Source of the DNA: an uncultured Alphaproteobacteria bacterium
Lineage (GTDB): Bacteria > Pseudomonadota > Alphaproteobacteria > ATCC43930 > CGMCC-115725
Length of the DNA stretch: 64,000 bases
Assembly (NCBI GenBank): GCA_963851285.1
Contig: CAWKOL010000003.1
Location: 16,093 to 80,092, forward strand
Reading direction: 5' to 3'
The first letter of the stretch is position 1, and every line of letters begins with the position of its first letter. The notes beneath the pieces are model-generated. The model saw nothing but the letters and a program-made list of their open reading frames with translations. It was not told the origin of the DNA and made no database searches. The position numbers and the translations under genes are program-made. Shown here piece after piece: positions 42,023 to 53,152 of the stretch.

Positions 42023-43072
42023 ATGAAAATCGCCCAAGTTTCCCCTCTATACGAGGCCGTGCCGCCGAAACTCTATGGCGGCACCGAACGGGTCGTGTCC
42101 AACCTCACCGAGGAGCTGGTGGCGCTCGGCCACGACGTCACGCTATTTGCCAGCGGCGACAGCGTGACCAAGGCCAAGCTCGAGGCAATCTGGCCGCGCG
42201 CCTTGCGCCTCGACGACACGATCCGTGATCCGATCGCGCCGCACGTCGCCATGGTGGAGATTGTGGCGCGACGGGCGCGCGAATTCGACCTGATCCATCT
42301 CCATTGCGACCATATCGCCTATCCGCTGATGAGCCGCTGCAACGTGCCGGTGGTATCGACGCTTCACGGCCGGCTAGACATGGCGGAACTGGTGCCGATC
42401 TATCAGCTTTATCCGAACATCCCGCTGGTTTCGATTTCCGACGCGCAGCGCATCTTCTTGCCCGGCGCCAATTTCGTCGGCACGGTGCTGCACGGACTGC
42501 CGGCCGACTTGCTTGCGCCGGGCAAGGGCGACGGCGGCTATGTCGCGTTTCTGGGCCGAATTTCGCCGGAGAAATGCCCGGACGCCGCGATCCGCATTGC
42601 CGCCGCGGCGGGTATGAAGATCAAGATCGCGGCCAAGGTCGACAAGGCCGACCGCGATTATTTCGCCACCCAGATCGCGCCGCTGCTGGAACAGCCCCAT
42701 GTGGAGTTCATCGGCGAGATCAACGAGCACGAAAAAAGCGAGTTTCTCGGCAACGCGTCGGCGCTGATCTTCGCCATCGACTGGCCGGAACCGTTCGGCC
42801 TTACCATGATCGAGAGCATCGCCTGCGGCACGCCGGTGATCGCGCGGCGGCGCGGTTCGGTGCCGGAGGTGATCGATGACGGCGTCACCGGCTATATCGT
42901 CGACGACGAGGCCCAGGCGGTGGCGGCGCTGAAGCGGCTCAACCGGCTCGACCGGCAGCAAATCCGGCATGTCTTCGAGGAGCGCTATACCGCGCGACGC
43001 ATGGCCCTGGACTATCTCGAGGTCTATCGCCAATTAACCGCTCGTGCCCAACAGCGTTTGCGCGCCACGTAA
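42023..43072 (+). CDS. Glycosyltransferase family 4 (GT-B), paralog 1
   Basis: Intact 349-aa ORF MKIAQVSPLYEAVPPKLYGGTERVVSNLTEELVALGHDVTLFASGDS...EPFGLTMIESIACGTPVIA. Paralog of 55215..56264. Confidence 0.85.
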   Translation: MKIAQVSPLYEAVPPKLYGGTERVVSNLTEELVALGHDVTLFASGDSVTKAKLEAIWPRALRLDDTIRDPIAPHVAMVEIVARRAREFDLIHLHCDHIAYPLMSRCNVPVVSTLHGRLDMAELVPIYQLYPNIPLVSISDAQRIFLPGANFVGTVLHGLPADLLAPGKGDGGYVAFLGRISPEKCPDAAIRIAAAAGMKIKIAAKVDKADRDYFATQIAPLLEQPHVEFIGEINEHEKSEFLGNASALIFAIDWPEPFGLTMIESIACGTPVIARRRGSVPEVIDDGVTGYIVDDEAQAVAALKRLNRLDRQQIRHVFEERYTARRMALDYLEVYRQLTARAQQRLRAT

Positions 43073-43081
43073 GGATCGACA

Positions 43082-45271
43082 TTGCCCGAAGGCCAGCCCG
43101 TTTCGTCCCCGGAGGTCGCCCCCTACTACATCTCGTCCGTCGGCGCTGACGCCCTGCCGGGTTCTTCGGTCTTGAAACAGGGCGACGCTTTCGGAATTCT
43201 GGACGGGGCCGGCAATATTGTCTCGGCGACGCCGCCGACTGGGTCGCTGCAAGGCATTGTCTTTGAGGATACACGCTACTTGTCGGCGCTGACTCTCACG
43301 ATCGAGGGCAAGCCGCCGATGGTGTTGTCGTCGACCGTCACGGGCGAAAGCGCCCTTCTCGAGGCCGATCTGAGCAACGCCGACATGTACGAAGGCGAGC
43401 ATTTGCGCTTGGCGCGCGGCTCGATCCACATCCGCAACACGCTGTTGCTGGGCAAGGCCGCGCTGTTTCAGACGCTCGACATCACCAACTACGCCGCCCA
43501 GCACTCGACCTTTGAGATGGAACTCGCCGTCGAAGCCGATTTCATCGATCTGTTCGAACTGCGTGGCGCCAAGCGCCCCAAGCACGGCACGGTATTGCCG
43601 CCCAAGGTCGGCGCATCGCAACTGGTTCTGGCCTATCGCGGTCTCGACCGCGTCGAACGACGCACCGAGATCGATTTCACGCCGAAGCCGGCGCGGGTCG
43701 GGCGGGACCGCGCGCGGTGGCAGATCGACCTGCCGCCCGGGGGCAAGATCGCGATCCAAGTCGCGATTCATTTCCGCCGCGGTGACCGGCCGGCGCCCAT
43801 CGCAACGCTGGCCGAGACGCGCGACGCGATAAACCGGCGGCACATCGACCGCGAAAACGCCACGGCGCGCATCGAAACCGGCAACGAGGCATTCGACGAC
43901 TGGGTTTCCCGCGCCCGCGCCGACCTGATCATGCTGATCACGGATACGCCGGACGGTCCCTATCCCTATGCCGGCGTGCCGTGGTTCTCCACCGCATTCG
44001 GGCGCGACGGCATCATCACAGCGCTCGAATGCCTATGGTTCGACCCCAGCGTCGCCGCTGGAACGCTTCGATTTCTGGCGGCAAACCAAGCCACCGAACA
44101 CGACGAGCGTGCCGCCGCGGATCCGGGCAAAATCGTCCACGAGACCCGCAAGGGCGAGATGGCGGCGCTGCACGAAATTCCCTACGGCAAATACTACGGC
44201 AGCGTCGATGCGACGCCGCTCTTCGTGATGCTGGCCGATGCCTATCACGCGCGTACCGGTGACGTCGGCTTGATCCGCGGGATTTGGCCCAACATCGAAG
44301 CCGCGACGGCGTGGATCGCCGACTACGGCGACAGCGACAAGCGACGGTTTCGTCGAATACGGCAACCGTTTGGGTACGGGCCTTGCCAACCAGGGCTGGA
44401 AAGATTTCGAGCGACGCGATTTTTCATCGCGACGGCACGCTGGCCGAAGGTCCCATCGCCGTGGTCGAGGTGCAGGCCTACGCCCACGCCGCCTATCTCG
44501 GCGCGGCGCGGCTGGCGCGACTGCTCGGCAAGGCCGATCGTGCCGCCGGCTACGAGCGCGCGGCGAAGGACATGGAGCGGCGTTTCGACGCCGCCTTTTG
44601 GTGCGAGGAGCTAGGCACATACGCACTCGCGCTCGACCGCGACAAGAAACAGTGCCAGGTGCGCACCTCGAACGCGGGGCATGTCCTGTTCGCCGGCCTT
44701 GCGACACCCGAGCGCGCAAAGCAGGTCGCGGCAACGCTAATGTCGGCCAAAGGGTTTTGCGATTGGGGTATCCGCACCGTGGCCGAGAGCGAGGCGCGTT
44801 ATAACCCGATGTCCTATCACAATGGCGGCGTGTGGCCCCACGACAACGCGCTCATCGCCGCCGGCTTTGCCCGCTACGGCCTCCAGGCCGAGATGCTTCG
44901 GATCGTGACCGGGATGTTCGGCGCGGCGACGCTGCTGCCCTTGCACCGCTTGCCGGAATTGTTCTGCGGCTTCGCCCGTCGCCGCGATTTCGGTCCGATC
45001 GGCTATCCGGTCGCCTGCATCCCACAGGCGTGGTCGACGGCGTCGGTATTCGCCTTGCTCGGCGCCGCGATGGGAATCGCGTTCGACGCTGACGCCAAGC
45101 GAATCGATTTCCGCAATCCGGTCTTGCCGGAATGGCTGCCGCGTGTGCAAATCGCCAATCTGCGCTTGGGCGCCGCCATAGTCGATCTTGATGCTCGAAC
45201 GCAAAGGCACGACGGTCCGTGTCGAGGTCGATCGCCGCGACGGTGAGGTTGCGGTCGCGCAAGCGGACTAA
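43082..45271 (+). pseudogene. Amylo-alpha-1,6-glucosidase / glycogen-debranching-enzyme-like (GDE_N_bis + GDE_C) protein; three frame changes near 44345, 44405 and 45192
   Basis: TTG start 9 nt after the GT4 stop. ...YAGVPWFSTAFGRDGIITAL...GKIVHETRKGEMA..., then FVEYGNRLGTGLANQGWKD, then SSDAIFHRDGTLAEGPIAVVEVQAY...YHNGGVWPHDNALIAAGF. The tail MLERKGTTVRVEVDRRDGEVAVAQAD* ends at 45271. Confidence 0.8.
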
Positions 45272-45286
45272 GCCCCGGGGGCAGCG

Positions 45287-45844
45287 ATGATGGGTCGGTT
45301 GCCGGTGTTATTCGTTGCGCTGCTGCTGGCCTTGCCGGCCGTCGCCCAGGAACAACCCAAGGACCAGTCCAAGACCGAAGCGCCGAGCTCGTTGCCGAAA
45401 CACCCGACCGCCGTCACACCCGCGCCGACGCCACCGCCGCCGCCCCATGTCGTGACGCCGAAGGAACAGGCAGACAGTCTGCTCGGCAAGCAAGTCTACA
45501 GCGCCGACGGGAAACAAATGGGCCTTGTTACCAACGTGCTGATCGATCGCAACGGCAAGCCCATTGCCCTGGTCATCGATTTCGGCGGCTTTCTCGGCGT
45601 CGGCAGCCGAAAGGTCGCGATCGACTGGCATCTGATGCGGTTCCGCCCCGGCGATAAGGACAAACCCGTGACCCTGGCGTTGTCCAAGGAGCAGCTCAAA
45701 TCCGCTCCAGAATACAGGCAGGGCAAGTCGGCGCCGGTGATTTACGCGCCCGCGCCGGCACCGTTGCCCGTCAAGCCCGCGGCCAATCCAGCGCCCGCCG
45801 CCAATCCGCCATCGCACGAACCCGAGCATAATGGGCCCAAATGA
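45287..45844 (+). CDS. Secreted PRC-barrel domain protein with Pro/Ala-rich linkers
   Basis: Intact 185-aa ORF with signal peptide MMGRLPVLFVALLLALPAVAQE and core LLGKQVYSADGKQMGLVTNVLIDRNGKPIALVIDFGGFLGVGSRKVAI. Confidence 0.7.
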   Translation: MMGRLPVLFVALLLALPAVAQEQPKDQSKTEAPSSLPKHPTAVTPAPTPPPPPHVVTPKEQADSLLGKQVYSADGKQMGLVTNVLIDRNGKPIALVIDFGGFLGVGSRKVAIDWHLMRFRPGDKDKPVTLALSKEQLKSAPEYRQGKSAPVIYAPAPAPLPVKPAANPAPAANPPSHEPEHNGPK

Positions 45845-47051
45845 AGGTCACCCGCCGGACTTACGCCGGAGGACGTAGCCTCGATCTTCTCAACCTGTTC
45901 GTCGCCAACATCCAGACCGGCTTCGGCCCGTTCGTCGCCGTCTACCTGACAACGCGCGGCTGGACTCAGACCTCGATCGGCGTCGCGCTGAGCGTCGGCA
46001 CGGCGGCGGCGATGGTCAGCCAGATACCGGCCGGCGCGGTGGTCGACATGGCGCGGCGCAAAAGCGCGATCGCGGGATTGAGTCTGCTCGCGTTCTCGGC
46101 GTGCGCCCTACTGTTCGCGATCCGGCCTGGCGTTCTGACCGTGTTCATCGCGGAGATCCTTCACGGCTTTGCCAGTTGCACCCTCGGCCCCTGCATCGCC
46201 GCCATGAGCTTCGCGCTCGCGGGGCGCGCCGGATTGGAGGCGCGGTTCGGGCGCAACGCGCGCTATTCCTCGATCGGGAACGCCGTCGGCGCGGCGCTGA
46301 TGGGTGGGTTCGGTTATTACGTTTCGACGCGCTCGGTGTTTTTTTTGACGGCGGTGTTGACTTTTCCGGCGATCGCGCTGGTCCTGCCGCTGCGGCGACT
46401 GGATCCCCGGGCGCGGCCGCATCCCAACGTCCGACATGGCGCGACGATCGGGACCGCGATCCGCGTGCTGGAAGACCGCCGCCTGCTCATTTTCGGCGCC
46501 TGCGAGATGCTGTTCACGCTCGCCAACGCGGCCATGTTACCGCTCGCTAGCGTCAGCATCACCGAACAGATGCCGGAGAACGCCAATCTCTTGATTGCGG
46601 CCTTCATCGTGCTGCCGCAATTCGTCGTGGCGGCGATTTCGCAGCGCGTCGGCGGCTACGCGCGCCGAAACGGCCGCCGCCAGGTAATGATCGTGTCGCT
46701 GGCGGCGTTGACGGCGCGCGGCGTTTTGTTCGCGATCGCGCCCAACCCTGTGCTGCTGATACCGATCCAAGTACTAGATGGCGTCTGCGCCGCATCCAAC
46801 GGCGTGCTCGTCCCGCTGGTGACGGCCGACGTCGCCGGCAATACCGGCCATTATAATATCGCGCTTGGCACAGTCGGCTTCGCCATCGGCATCGGCGCGA
46901 CGCTCAGCACGACGATTGCCGGTCTTATCGCCGATAGGTCGGAGAAACCTCGGCGCTTCTGTGTCTAAGTTTCGTCGGTTTTGTGGCAACGTTGTTCGCG
47001 ACGCTAGCGCTGCCGGAGACCCGCCCGGGGACGACCGCCGACGTCGACTAA
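45841..47051 (+). pseudogene. MFS transporter; one frame change near 46935
   Basis: ORF 45841..46968 (12-TM-like, DMARRKSAI loop motif). After ...GLIADR the shifted frame reads (V)GETSALLCLSFVGFVATLFATLALPETRPG...VD* (TAA at 47049..47051), a typical MFS C-terminus. ATGA overlap with the PRC-barrel gene. Confidence 0.75.
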
Positions 47052-47233
47052 TCTAAGTCGCGCAGCGCATCGGCGGCGCGGCGCAAGCTGGCCAGCGCGC
47101 GGTCGTCGGGTCGGCGCCGGCGCGCGACGAGACGCACCGCCCGGCGCGCATCCCGTTGTTCCGTGACCTCCCGAAGCACGGCAAGGGCACTCGCAATTAC
47201 GGCGAAAGTTAGCACGATGACCATGGCTCTCAT
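47048..47233 (-). CDS. Hypothetical small single-TM protein (61 aa)
   Basis: ATG at 47233, 7 nt after AGGAG. MRAMVIVLTFAVIASALAVL followed by an Arg-rich tail. No family recognised. Confidence 0.3.
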   Translation of the reverse strand: MRAMVIVLTFAVIASALAVLREVTEQRDARRAVRLVARRRRPDDRALASLRRAADALRDLD

Positions 47234-47429
47234 AACCCGCTCCTGCCCTCTTTTGATCCGGCGTTAGAACTCGCCAAAACAAGCCAGGGACGTTGTCCGT
47301 TCCGCTCAGCCTCGCGTCGCCGCACGCGCAACCGACACATGCAACCAACTCATGCAATTGTGATGTGGATAACATTGCACCGGTGCCGGATCGGCGTACG
47401 TTGTCGCGCGCCAAAAAAGGAGGTCCCCC

Positions 47430-48164
47430 ATGTCAGGAGTTCGTTTCCTCGACGGCTCGCGCCGCGCTCTCCTCGCCGCTGGCGGCGCCATCGCGGTCAG
47501 CGCCGCGCTGCGACCGGCTTTCGCCCAGGGCAAGATGAAAATCGGCGTCATCGGCTCCGGCAAAATCGGCGGCACGGTCGGACGCCTCTGGGTCAAGGAT
47601 GGGCACCCGGTCCTGTTCTCGTCGCGCCATCCGGAGGAATTGGCGGGGCTCGTAAAGGAGGCGGGACCGCTGGCGAAAGCCGGCACCGTGGCCGAGGCGA
47701 TCGCCTTCGGCGATGCGCTGCTGCTCGCGATCCCCTATGGCGCGTATCCGGCGTTCGGGAGGAGAACGACGCGGCGCTCAAGGGCAAGATCGTGCTCGAC
47801 GCCGGCAACGCGGGCGCCGCCCGCGACGGCGTCGAGATCGCGGCCGAGGTCGAGAAAAATGGCATCGGTGTCACGTCGCAGAAATATCTGCCGGGCGCGC
47901 GGATCGTCCGCGCCTTCAACACGCTGAATTTCCGCATCCTGGCGCACCAGGCGAACCGGCCGGCGCCGCGTATGGCGATTCCGATCGCGGGCGACGACGA
48001 AGGTGCGGTGAAAGTCGCGGCGATGCTAGTGCATGATGCCGGCTTCGATCCGGTGATCGTCGGCAATCTCGCGGCAGCGCGCAAAATTCAGCGCGGCAAT
48101 CCCGGTTACGGGCAATCGGTCAGCGCGGCGGAACTGAAACAAGACGCTGGGCCTGGCGCCGTGA
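47430..48164 (+). pseudogene. Tat-signal NAD(P)-binding oxidoreductase (NADPH-dependent F420 reductase / ProC-like Rossmann family); frame changes near 47755 and 48138
   Basis: MSGVRFLDGSRRALLAAGGAIAVSAALRPAFAQG (twin-arginine signal), then KIGVIGSGKIGGTVGRLW (GxGxxG). It continues as ...NDAALKGKIVLDAGNA...ARIVRAFNTLNF...MAIPIAGDDEGAVKVAAMLVHDAGFDPVIVGNL in the frame of ORF 47339..48448. The reconstructed tail is KTLGLAP* (TGA at 48162..48164). Confidence 0.7.
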
Positions 48165-49451
48165 CAGTGGGCGCGCGCTGGTTGGCGCAATTCATGCCGG
48201 CGACACCGGCGGAGCGCCGCGCCGCGCTGTGGTCGTTCGCCTATTTCTTTTTCCTGCTCGCCGGCTATTACGTACTGCGGCCGATCCGCGACGAAAGCGC
48301 GATCGCCGGGGGCTCTGCGCGCGATTCCGTGGACCGTGACCGCGATCTTCCTCACGCTCCTGATCGCGCAGCCGATTTATGGCGTACTGGTCGCGCGATT
48401 GCCGCGGGCCAAGTTCATTCCAATCGTCTATCACTTCTTTGCGCTTAATCTGCTGGCGTTCTGGTTGGCGCTGACGTTCGGCGTCGGCACCGTAACGGTC
48501 GCCCGCGTATTTTTTATCTGGGTCGGCGTGTTCAACCTGTTCGCGGTCGCCGTGTTCTGGTCATTCATGGCCGACCTTTTCACCAGCGAGCAGGGCAAGC
48601 GCCTGTTCGGGTTCATCGGCGCCGGCGGCACCGCCGGGGGCCTCTTGGGCCCGACCATCACCATCGGCCTGTCCGTACCGTTCGGCCCCACCAATCTACT
48701 GCTCGTCGCCCTCGTATTTTTGGAGTTGGCGGTGATTTGCGTCTACCGCCTCGAACGCGTGGCGCACGCCCATGACGGGCCGCACTCCGAGACGCGGCAA
48801 CTCGGCGGCAGCGCGTTCGCGGCGCTGCCTGAATTGATCCGCTCGCCTTATCTGATCGGCGTCGCCGGCTGGGTCAGCCTTTTATCGTTCTGCGCCACCA
48901 TTCTCTACCTTGAGCAAGCTCACATCGTCGCGGCAACGGTAAAGGGCGCCGGAGCCCAAACGCGGGTGTTCGCCAGCATCGATTTGGCGGTCGGTATCCT
49001 GACGCTGGCGACGCAAACCTTCGTCACGGCGCAATTGCTTGAACGAATCAGCACCGGGGTGGCCGCTGCGGCGTTGCCGGCGGTTTACGTCCTGGGCTTC
49101 GCCGTGTTGGCGGCAATGCCGACTCTTGCCGTGGTGATGACGACGCAAATCGCGCAGCGCTGGGCGCATTTCGCCATCGCCAACCCGGCACGGCAGATTT
49201 TCTACGTCGTCCTGGCCCGCGAGGAGAAATACAAGGCGAAAAACCTGATCGACGTCGTCGTCTATCGCGGCTCCGACGCGGCCTATACCTGGGTGTACGA
49301 CAGTTTGCAAATTATGGGGCTGAAGCTCGCCGGAATCGCGCTGTTCGCGCTGCCGGTCGCGGCGGCGTGGGTGGGATTGTCGTTGGCGCTCGGCCGTTCG
49401 CAGGAGAACCGCGCCGAAAAGCTCGCGCTTGCGGCCGCGCAAGGAGATTGA
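48161..49451 (+). pseudogene. TLC/NTT-like (ATP:ADP antiporter family-like) MFS-type transporter; one frame change near 48322
   Basis: GTG at 48161 overlaps the upstream TGA (GTGA). ...ERRAALWSFAYFFFLLAGYYVLRPIRDE resembles the TLC-family FxxxxNYxxLRxxKD N-terminal motif. It continues as IPWTVTAIFLTLLIAQPIYG... in ORF 48336..49451 (polytopic). Confidence 0.6.
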
Positions 49452-49454
49452 CCA

Positions 49455-50352
49455 TTGACACACATCACACGCCGCGCCTTCACCGCGCTCGCCGCCGGTG
49501 CCCTCGTGGCCGGGCGCACCGCCGCGCAAGGTGCCGACGCACCGCTGATCACCCGCGCGATTCCGAGCACCGGCGAGCGCATGCCGGTGGTCGGGCTGGG
49601 CACCTCGCAAGTCTTCGCCGACAACAACGCGGAGACACGCGACGCCGCGGCGAACGTCATCCGGACGCTCGTCGCCGCCGATGGAAGGCTAATCGACACG
49701 GCGTCGGTCTATCAAGACGCCGAATTGGTCATCGGCGACGTCGTGTCGGCGGGAAGCCTGCGCGACAAAGTCTTTGTCGCCACCAAATTGGAGGAGCCGG
49801 ACGAAAGCGAACTGCGTCGCTCGCTGAGCCGGCTCAAGACCGCGAAGATCGACATGTTGCAGCTTCATAATGTCAACGACCCAAATCAGTCGCTCGCGCA
49901 ATTCCGGGCGTGGAAGGCGCAAGGCATTTGCCGGTATGTCGGCATCACCTCGACCTATCACGGCTCGTTCCCGGCGGTCGAAGCCGTGTTGGCGCGCGAA
50001 AAGCCGGATTTCGTTCAGATCGATTATTCGATCGACGATCGTGAAGCCGAGCGGCGCATTCTACCGATCGCGGCGGAGGCAAAGGCCGGCGTTCTGACGG
50101 CGCTGCCGTTCGGCCGCGCCCGATTGTTCCGCGCCGTTAGCGGTAAGGCGGTCCCGGACTGGGCACGGGGGCTTCGCGCAAAGCTGGGCGCAGTTCTTTC
50201 TCAAGTTCCTGCTCGCCGATCCGCGCGTCACGGCTGTCATTCCCGGTACCAACAGCGCCGCGCACATGGCCGACAATCTCGGCGCGCAGCGCGGCATGCT
50301 GCCCAACCCCGAGCAACGCAAACGGATGGTCGCGTTTGTCGAAAGTCTCTAG
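49455..50352 (+). pseudogene. Tat-signal aldo/keto reductase; one frame change near 50170
   Basis: TTG at 49455, 8 nt after AAGGAG and 3 nt after the transporter stop. MTHITRRAFTALAAGALVAGRTAAQG (twin-arginine signal), AKR core ...IDTASVYQDAELVIG...IDMLQLHNVND.... After the shift it reads FAQSWAQFFLKFLLADPRVTAVIPGTNSAAHMADNL...VESL* (TAG at 50350..50352). Confidence 0.75.
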
Positions 50353-51345
50353 GCGAATGCCGGCATGATCTCGCGAGCGAAGCGCCGCAGATTGTCGAGC
50401 GACGGGCGCGGATCGACCAGCAGCACCAACTCGACGCCGCCTGCTTCCAATCGCTCGAGCCGCGCCACGATCTGATCGGCCGTTCCGAGCAGCGCCGCGT
50501 CGTCGAGTTCGTCGTCACCGGCCCGTCCGCCGATCGTGTGATAGGCCTCGGCGCCGGCGCCGCGCGCCAGGCCGCCGATAGCCTTCAGCACCTCGAACCG
50601 GGTCGCGATGGCGGCGGGGCGTTCCGATTCCTGCTTCAAGAGTTGAAAGCCGCGCGTCACCCCGATTTGCAGCGGATCGTAACGCCGCCCGATGCGCGCG
50701 CATTCCGCCTTAAACGCGGCGACGCGGTTGGTAATCAACTCGATCGGCGCGAGCTGATCGAGCAGCAGATTGTAGCCCTCGCGCGCGGCGCGACGGATCG
50801 AATTCATCGCTGCCGGCGCCGAGCCAGAACGGCGGATGCGGCTGCTGCTTCGGCGCCGGCTCGACGACGATATTGTCGTAATGCCAACGCGTGCCGCGAT
50901 GCGTGAACCGGCCCGCGCTGCTCCACGCCTTGCGGATCACCGCCATCGCTTCGTCGAAACGTTCGGTCGCTTCGGCCGGCGGCACGCAGAAGCCGGCGAA
51001 CTCCGCGTCGCGATAGCCCTTGCCGACGCCGAAATCGAACCGACCCCCGGAGAGAAGATCGAGCGTCGCCGCCTGCTCCGCGACCAGCACGGGATTGTGC
51101 CATGGCAGCACGACGACGGCGGTGCCGAGACGAATGCGCGAGGTGCGCGCCGCGAGATAGCTTAGGATGTTGAGCGAGGCGGAGACTTGGCCGTGTCCGG
51201 TGAAATGATGCTCGACGACGAAGACACTGTGGAAGCCGAGCGCCTCGGCCTCGCAGACATAGTCGATATAGTCGGCATAGCCCTGACTATCCCCCGTGGG
51301 ACCGCCGCGCGCGGCGCGGGCGCCGCCGAACAAGCCGAACTTCAT
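50349..51345 (-). pseudogene. Luciferase-like (LLM-class) flavin-dependent oxidoreductase; one frame change near 50810
   Basis: MKFGLFGGARAARGG...GFHSVFVVEHHFTGHGQVSASLNILSYLAARTSRIRLGTAVVVLPWHNPV...PPFWLGAGS (ORF 50710..51345) continues as MNSIRRAAREGYNLLLDQ...VELVLLVDP (ORF 50349..50807). Confidence 0.8.
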
Positions 51346-51410
51346 GGCAGATATTCCCTGCGTCTCCGCGCGTTGGCTTCCGGACCGATTTCCTCTACCG
51401 TCCGCCGCCG

Positions 51411-52988
<1,578 letters not shown>

Positions 52989-53008
52989 CGCGTCAGCGCG
53001 GAGCAGGA

Positions 53009-53086
53009 TGGTGGGCCCGGCAGGACTTCGAACCTGCGACAACACCGTTATGAGCGGCGCGTTCTGACCAGCTGAACTACGGGCCC
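53009..53086 (-). tRNA. tRNA with CAT anticodon (Met, or Ile2 if lysidine-modified); T-loop reads 8 nt
   Basis: Minus strand reads GGGCCCGTAGTTCAGCTGGTCAGAACGCGCCGCTCATAACGGTGTTGTCGCAGGTTCGAAGTCCTGCCGGGCCCACCA. The cloverleaf folds, but GCAGG-TTCGAAGT-CCTGC has one extra loop base. Confidence 0.85.
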
Positions 53087-53103
53087 GTACCGAAAGGGCA
53101 GGC

Positions 53104-53152
53104 ATCAGGGATCAGGTATCAGAGTGCCCGGCGACTGAAAACCAATAACTGA
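53104..53152. repeat. Second heptad-periodic ATCAG / ACTGA inverted array
   Basis: ATCAG at 53104, 53111 and 53118. ACTGA at 53134 and 53148 (14-nt spacing). Lies between tRNA(CAT) and the 3' end of the ABC exporter. Related to 10938..11004. Confidence 0.5.
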
